Below are positions 59,397 through 64,000 of a stretch of DNA of 64,000 bases, in pieces (the stretch's first letter is position 1; each line of letters opens with the position of its first letter). The DNA lies in the NCBI GenBank assembly GCA_963827235.1, contig CAWHAE010000016.1, positions 128,001 through 192,000 of the forward strand, read 5' to 3'. Source of the DNA: an uncultured bacterium (GTDB lineage Bacteria > Chloroflexota > UBA5177 > JANWHV01). The position numbers were made by a program, and so were the translations under genes. Under the pieces are notes generated by a model. It ran no database searches. It was not told where the DNA came from and saw nothing but the letters and a program-made list of their open reading frames with translations.

Positions 59397-59618
59397 ATGC
59401 CACGTCTGCTCAAGCGTCAGGAAGCCCCGTTTGAAGGTCGCGTCACGGGACGGGTGCCGGTGTGCATCGCCTGCGGCAACCGACGTACCTTCTGGGTGAA
59501 GCGCGACGGCCAGAACGCAGTCGCGAATGCCTGGGATCTGGCGCAAGATGACGCGATCGTCGCCTGCGGTCGGTGCCGCTCCCGCAACTCCGTTCTCTAC
59601 GATTGCAACGACGCGTAA
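59397..59618 (+). CDS. small zinc-ribbon protein (73 aa)
   Basis: SD GAGGT; CIACGN...F...CGRC; followed by a terminator. Confidence 0.75.
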   Translation: MPRLLKRQEAPFEGRVTGRVPVCIACGNRRTFWVKRDGQNAVANAWDLAQDDAIVACGRCRSRNSVLYDCNDA

Positions 59619-59647
59619 ACTCCTTCCCTTTTCCCTCCCACCCGCGC

Positions 59648-59678
59648 AAGGGGCTCCACGCTACCGTGGAGCCCCTTT
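59648..59678 (+). terminator. rho-independent terminator
   Basis: AAGGGGCTCCACG-CTAC-CGTGGAGCCCCTT followed by T. Confidence 0.75.
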
Positions 59679-59893
59679 CGTGTGCGTGGCGCCGGCCTAC
59701 CGGCGGTTATGCGGATACGGCCGTCGAATAGAGCCGGCCAACCCTGTACACTAACGATACGGGCCACGGAGCGCGCCTGGCCTCGCGCGACCGCTACCAC
59801 GGCGGTAGCCCAGTCCGTGCGTCGGCGGCCAACCCGAACCACGCCTGACGCTGAAGAGTTGTCCATGAGGTTTGGGCGGAGCCCGCCTGACAT

Positions 59894-62884
59894 ATGCCGC
59901 AAGACCAGATCACCGTGCGCGGTGCGCGCGAACACAATCTCAAGAACGTCGATATATCGATCCCGCGCGATCGCCTCGTGGTGTTCACCGGGCTATCCGG
60001 CTCGGGTAAGTCGAGCCTGGCGTTCGATACGATCTTCGCCGAGGGCCAGCGCCGTTATGTCGAGTCCCTCTCGTCCTACGCGCGCCAGTTCCTCGGCCAG
60101 ATGGACAAGCCCGACGTCGACTACATCGAGGGCCTCTCGCCCGCCATCTCGATCGACCAGAAGAGCACCAGCAAGAATCCACGTTCTACAGTCGGCACCG
60201 TGACCGAGATCCACGACTATCTGCGGCTTCTGTTCGCTCGGGTCGGGCATCCCCACTGTCCCAACTGTGGACGTGAGATCGCACAGCAGTCCGTGGAGCA
60301 GATCGTGGACACGGTGCTCGGGTACACGCCCGGCAAGCGCGTGATGATCATGGCACCAGTCGTGCGCGGGCGCAAGGGCGAACATCGCAACGTGCTCGAC
60401 GACGCCCGCCGGAACGGCTTCGTTCGCGTGCGCGTGGACGGCAACGTCTACGACCTGGCAGAAGACGTGGCCATGGACAAGAACAAGAAGCACGACGTGG
60501 AGATAGTAATCGACAGGCTGGTGATACACGAGCGCACGGATCAGCGTGAAGAGGCGCGCGAGGACACGGCTCGGTTGGCGGATTCAGTGGAAACGGCGCT
60601 CAAGGTCGGAGGCGGGCTGGTGATCGTGGCCGAGATCGACGGGCCAGATCAGCTCTTCAGCGAGCACTTCGCCTGCGTGGTGTGCGGCATAAGCATGGGA
60701 GAGATCGAGCCGCGCACATTCTCGTTCAACAATCCGCATGGAGCGTGCCCGGCTTGCACCGGACTGGGCTATCGCCTGGAGTTCGATCCGGACCTGTTGG
60801 TGCCGAATGCCCGTCTGTCGCTGGGCGAGGGCGCCGTCCATCCCTGGTCCAAGTCGACGAACACGTTTCTCTCCTCCATGCTGCAGTCGTTTTGCCGGCG
60901 CCACAACATCAACACGAGCGTGCCCTGGGCCGACCTGCCCGAGGAGCAGCAGCACATGGTGCTCTATGGCGCCGGCGACGAGCGCGTGCGAATGAGTCAC
61001 AGCACGAAGTCCGGGCGCCTCTACGAGTGGGACGGCAAGTTCGAGGGCGTCATTCCCATGGCCAACCGCCGCTACCGGGAGACAGACAGCGAGTTCATGA
61101 AGCAGGAATGGGAGCAGTACATGGCCAGCGTGCCCTGCCAGACCTGCAAGGGGGCGCGTCTCAAGCCGGAAGCACTGGCGGTGACCGTGTCGACGAAGAA
61201 CATCGTCGAGATCTCGCGGCTCTCGATCTACAATGCGAGCCACTGGTTCGAGAAGCTCGCGGGCGACGAAGGGCGCGCCGACGTCGACGCAGTCGATCAA
61301 CCGCAGCGTATCGGCGCGCGCAGCGCCGCGGCCTCGAATGGGTTTATCCCCGATTACGACCCCGATCTCGTGGCTCCCACGCCGCTTACTGCTCGCGAGA
61401 TGGCCATTGCCAGGCAGATTGTCAAGGAGATTCGGGCACGCCTCGGCTTTCTCGTCAACGTGGGCCTCGGGTACCTAACGCTCGAGCGCTCCGCTACTAC
61501 ATTGTCCGGCGGGGAAGCGCAGCGCATTCGCCTGGCCAGCCAGATTGGATCTGGTCTGATGGGCGTGCTCTACGTCCTGGACGAGCCCAGCATCGGTCTC
61601 CACCAGCGGGACAACGCTCGACTGCTCGATACTCTTGTAACGCTGCGCGACATGGGCAATACCTTGATCGTGGTGGAGCACGACGAGGAGACCATGCGGG
61701 CGGCGGACTACATCGTCGACATCGGGCCGGCCGCAGGCGAGCACGGCGGGCACATCGTGGCTAGCGGGACCCTGGACGAGATCATCGCCTGCCGGGAGTC
61801 GCTCACCGGCCAGTACCTGGCAGGCCACCGCTTCGTGCCGGTACCTGCCAGGCGAAGGCGCGGAAACGGCAAGTCGCTCACCATACGCGGTGCCACGGAG
61901 AACAATCTGCAGAATCTGACGGCGCGGTTCCCACTTGGCACGTTCATCTGCGTGACGGGCGTCTCCGGGTCGGGGAAGAGCACCCTGATCAACGAAGTGC
62001 TGTACAAGGCCGTGGCGCAACACGTGTACCGCCTGAAGAAGCGGGCAGGCGTCCATCAGGCGATTGACGGGCTCGAGCACATCGACAAAGTGATCGACAT
62101 CGATCAGTCGCCGATCGGCAGGACCCCGCGGAGCAATCCGGCCACCTACACGGGGATGTTCACTCCACTCCGTGAGCTGTTCTCGCGCATGCCGGAGTCT
62201 CGCGTGCGCGGGTACAAGCCGGGCCGATTCTCGTTCAACGTGAAAGGCGGCCGCTGCGAGGCGTGCGCTGGTGAAGGCATCATCAAGATAGAGATGCACT
62301 TCTTGCCAGACGTCTACGTTCCCTGCGAGGTCTGCAAGGGCAAACGCTACAATCGCGAAGCGCTCGAGGTTCGTTTCAAGGGCAAGAGCATCGCCGATAT
62401 CCTGGACATGACCGTCTCCGAGGCGCTGGCGTTCTTCGAAGCGATTCCAGCCGTATACAACAAGCTGCGCACGCTCGACGAGGTTGGGCTAGGCTACATT
62501 CGCCTGGGCCAGCCAGCCACGCAGCTATCGGGCGGCGAGGCACAAAGAGTGAAGCTCTCCACCGAGTTGTCGAAGCGGGCCACCGGACGCACGCTGTATA
62601 TCCTCGACGAGCCGACTACCGGTCTGCATTTTGCCGACGTCGCCCGGCTGCTTCAGGTGCTCAACCGGCTTGCCGACAACGGCAACACGGTGATCGTCAT
62701 CGAGCACAATCTGGACGTGGTGAAGACGGCCGACTGGATCATCGATCTCGGTCCGGAGGGCGGAGACGGCGGCGGGCGAATCGTGGCCGAAGGCACTCCC
62801 GAAGACCTGGCGGAGAACGAGGCAAGCTTCACGGGCCAGTTCTTGCGGCGCGTGCTGCGGTCGCAGGAGTCCGTTGCCGTGTAG
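59894..62884 (+). CDS. uvrA: excinuclease ABC subunit A
   Basis: [26 protein letters not shown] twice, GVSGSGKST, zinc fingers. Confidence 0.99.
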   Translation: MPQDQITVRGAREHNLKNVDISIPRDRLVVFTGLSGSGKSSLAFDTIFAEGQRRYVESLSSYARQFLGQMDKPDVDYIEGLSPAISIDQKSTSKNPRSTVGTVTEIHDYLRLLFARVGHPHCPNCGREIAQQSVEQIVDTVLGYTPGKRVMIMAPVVRGRKGEHRNVLDDARRNGFVRVRVDGNVYDLAEDVAMDKNKKHDVEIVIDRLVIHERTDQREEAREDTARLADSVETALKVGGGLVIVAEIDGPDQLFSEHFACVVCGISMGEIEPRTFSFNNPHGACPACTGLGYRLEFDPDLLVPNARLSLGEGAVHPWSKSTNTFLSSMLQSFCRRHNINTSVPWADLPEEQQHMVLYGAGDERVRMSHSTKSGRLYEWDGKFEGVIPMANRRYRETDSEFMKQEWEQYMASVPCQTCKGARLKPEALAVTVSTKNIVEISRLSIYNASHWFEKLAGDEGRADVDAVDQPQRIGARSAAASNGFIPDYDPDLVAPTPLTAREMAIARQIVKEIRARLGFLVNVGLGYLTLERSATTLSGGEAQRIRLASQIGSGLMGVLYVLDEPSIGLHQRDNARLLDTLVTLRDMGNTLIVVEHDEETMRAADYIVDIGPAAGEHGGHIVASGTLDEIIACRESLTGQYLAGHRFVPVPARRRRGNGKSLTIRGATENNLQNLTARFPLGTFICVTGVSGSGKSTLINEVLYKAVAQHVYRLKKRAGVHQAIDGLEHIDKVIDIDQSPIGRTPRSNPATYTGMFTPLRELFSRMPESRVRGYKPGRFSFNVKGGRCEACAGEGIIKIEMHFLPDVYVPCEVCKGKRYNREALEVRFKGKSIADILDMTVSEALAFFEAIPAVYNKLRTLDEVGLGYIRLGQPATQLSGGEAQRVKLSTELSKRATGRTLYILDEPTTGLHFADVARLLQVLNRLADNGNTVIVIEHNLDVVKTADWIIDLGPEGGDGGGRIVAEGTPEDLAENEASFTGQFLRRVLRSQESVAV

Positions 62885-62968
62885 CTGCCAGGCTCCGGCA
62901 GCCCGTGCTCCGGCGGCTCACCGGGCCGAGCGTCGCGCCACCGGCCGGTGACAGCGCCGCTGCCGGGC

Positions 62969-64000
62969 TTATGTCTGGTTGCTGCCCGGCGGCGTCTCGG
63001 GTCCGCTCGCAACGAACACCTGCTCGAAGGCGAACCAGAGGCCGAAGGGCGCCGTGACCAGGATAAGTCGGTCGAGTGACGTCCTGGCATGCTGGATGTA
63101 GTCCGGCCAGGCCGAAAGGCTAAGCGAGGCGATGAAGAAGGCGAGAGGAAGCAGGACCGTAAGCAGCAGCAGCGGTGCCCTGATCCTACGCCGCACCAGC
63201 CCGTGCAGTGCAAGAGCGGCGACCGCTATCCACAGCAGGTTCCACTCGTCCACGGCGAGCATGTTCAGAGCGAAGAGACGCCCAATGGGTGGAATCCGCC
63301 AGGCATAGTGGATTACATTGGCGATCGTCGCCGCGTGGAAATCGCGGTCAGGCACTCCTATTCGCCAGTCTAGCACGTACCACGGCGCCCCTAGCAGCGC
63401 GGCAGCCGTCACGAACGCAAGCACGCCCCGGGTCGCTCGGCGCAAGGCCGCCAGCGACAGCATTGCCGCTGCCACGAACGGCACAGCATCGTGCTTCGTG
63501 AACAGGGCCAGTCCGAAGAGAGCGCCTGCCGCCAGGCACGCCTTCGTGTTGCCGGCAGCTCGCCCGCCGACCACGAGCACGGCGGCACCCGCCACGACAT
63601 AGGCGGCGAGCGGTACGTCCGCCAGGCCCGTGCCGGCGTACTCGGTCACTCGGGGCACCAGCACCAGACAGGCCCCGCCCAGGAGGGCAACGCGGCGGCC
63701 AAAGCGTGCCTCGAAGACGCCCACGAGGGCCAGCAGGAGGGCGACGAAGAACAACGCGAACATCGGCTTCATCAGCACCGGGTCGGTTGAGCCGCACCAG
63801 GTGTACACCCAGGCAATGAGCAGGGGGACAAGCGGCGGGTACGCCGGGTGCGCGAACTCGGAGGCTCGGTCGACCAGGAAGGCGTGCGTGATGCCCCCGT
63901 CGTGCCAGAAGCGGATGCCTTTGTAGTCCCATAGCGCCCACGAATCGAAGCTCCCCAACGGGACGCGCACTGCTACCAGGAATACATAGACGACCTGGAC
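62969..64000 (-). CDS. polytopic membrane glycosyltransferase (GT39/PMT-like), 5' end outside window
   Basis: FDSWALW..K, HPAYPPLVP, ADVP, TKHDA, many TMs; frame open to the window edge. Confidence 0.7.
   Translation of the reverse strand, partial: VQVVYVFLVAVRVPLGSFDSWALWDYKGIRFWHDGGITHAFLVDRASEFAHPAYPPLVPLLIAWVYTWCGSTDPVLMKPMFALFFVALLLALVGVFEARFGRRVALLGGACLVLVPRVTEYAGTGLADVPLAAYVVAGAAVLVVGGRAAGNTKACLAAGALFGLALFTKHDAVPFVAAAMLSLAALRRATRGVLAFVTAAALLGAPWYVLDWRIGVPDRDFHAATIANVIHYAWRIPPIGRLFALNMLAVDEWNLLWIAVAALALHGLVRRRIRAPLLLLTVLLPLAFFIASLSLSAWPDYIQHARTSLDRLILVTAPFGLWFAFEQVFVASGPETPPGSNQT

Noticed and set aside
59700-59893. LexA box upstream of uvrA
   Set aside because: I found no GAAC-N4-GTTC or CTGT-N8-ACAG match.
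1-64000. Many long antisense or alternate-frame ORFs; CRISPR arrays, IS elements and prophage genes
   Set aside because: The shadow ORFs are expected from high-GC codon bias and have no motifs. I saw no repeat-spacer array, transposase or phage hallmark gene.

Overview
A high-GC bacterial chromosome segment, most likely Chloroflexota (an inference from protein styles such as NBR1-Ig-like and WYFAEG-type surface repeats, and from HrcA/CIRCE). It is mostly core genes: tRNA-Lys, xerD, mutS, the hrcA-grpE-dnaK-dnaJ-prmA-rsmE heat-shock operon with a CIRCE element, mazG/yabN, murE, tsaE-tsaB-rimI-tsaD, an M16 peptidase pair, yqeY-pgpH-ybeY-dgkA, lysS, galU, pepF, dnaN-recF, hemC, ppc, tgt, ugd and uvrA. 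I see no prophage, IS element or CRISPR array. The most notable observations are: an orphan, apparently catalytically dead glutamate-dehydrogenase homolog; four small Cys-rich zinc-finger ORFs around hemC, one with a TFIIS/TFS-like ribbon; a subtilase followed by a candidate cognate inhibitor; a PP2C-FHA-MutS coupled operon; an MshA-type glycosyltransferase next to a BshB-type deacetylase; a large lytic-transglycosylase/NBR1-Ig surface protein with a frameshifted C-terminus; a dif/cer-like site over the promoter of the xerD operon; a probable CUG-initiated gene; a phosphoesterase pseudogene; and several structured leader candidates. All calls come from reading motifs by eye. No searches or folding programs were run.
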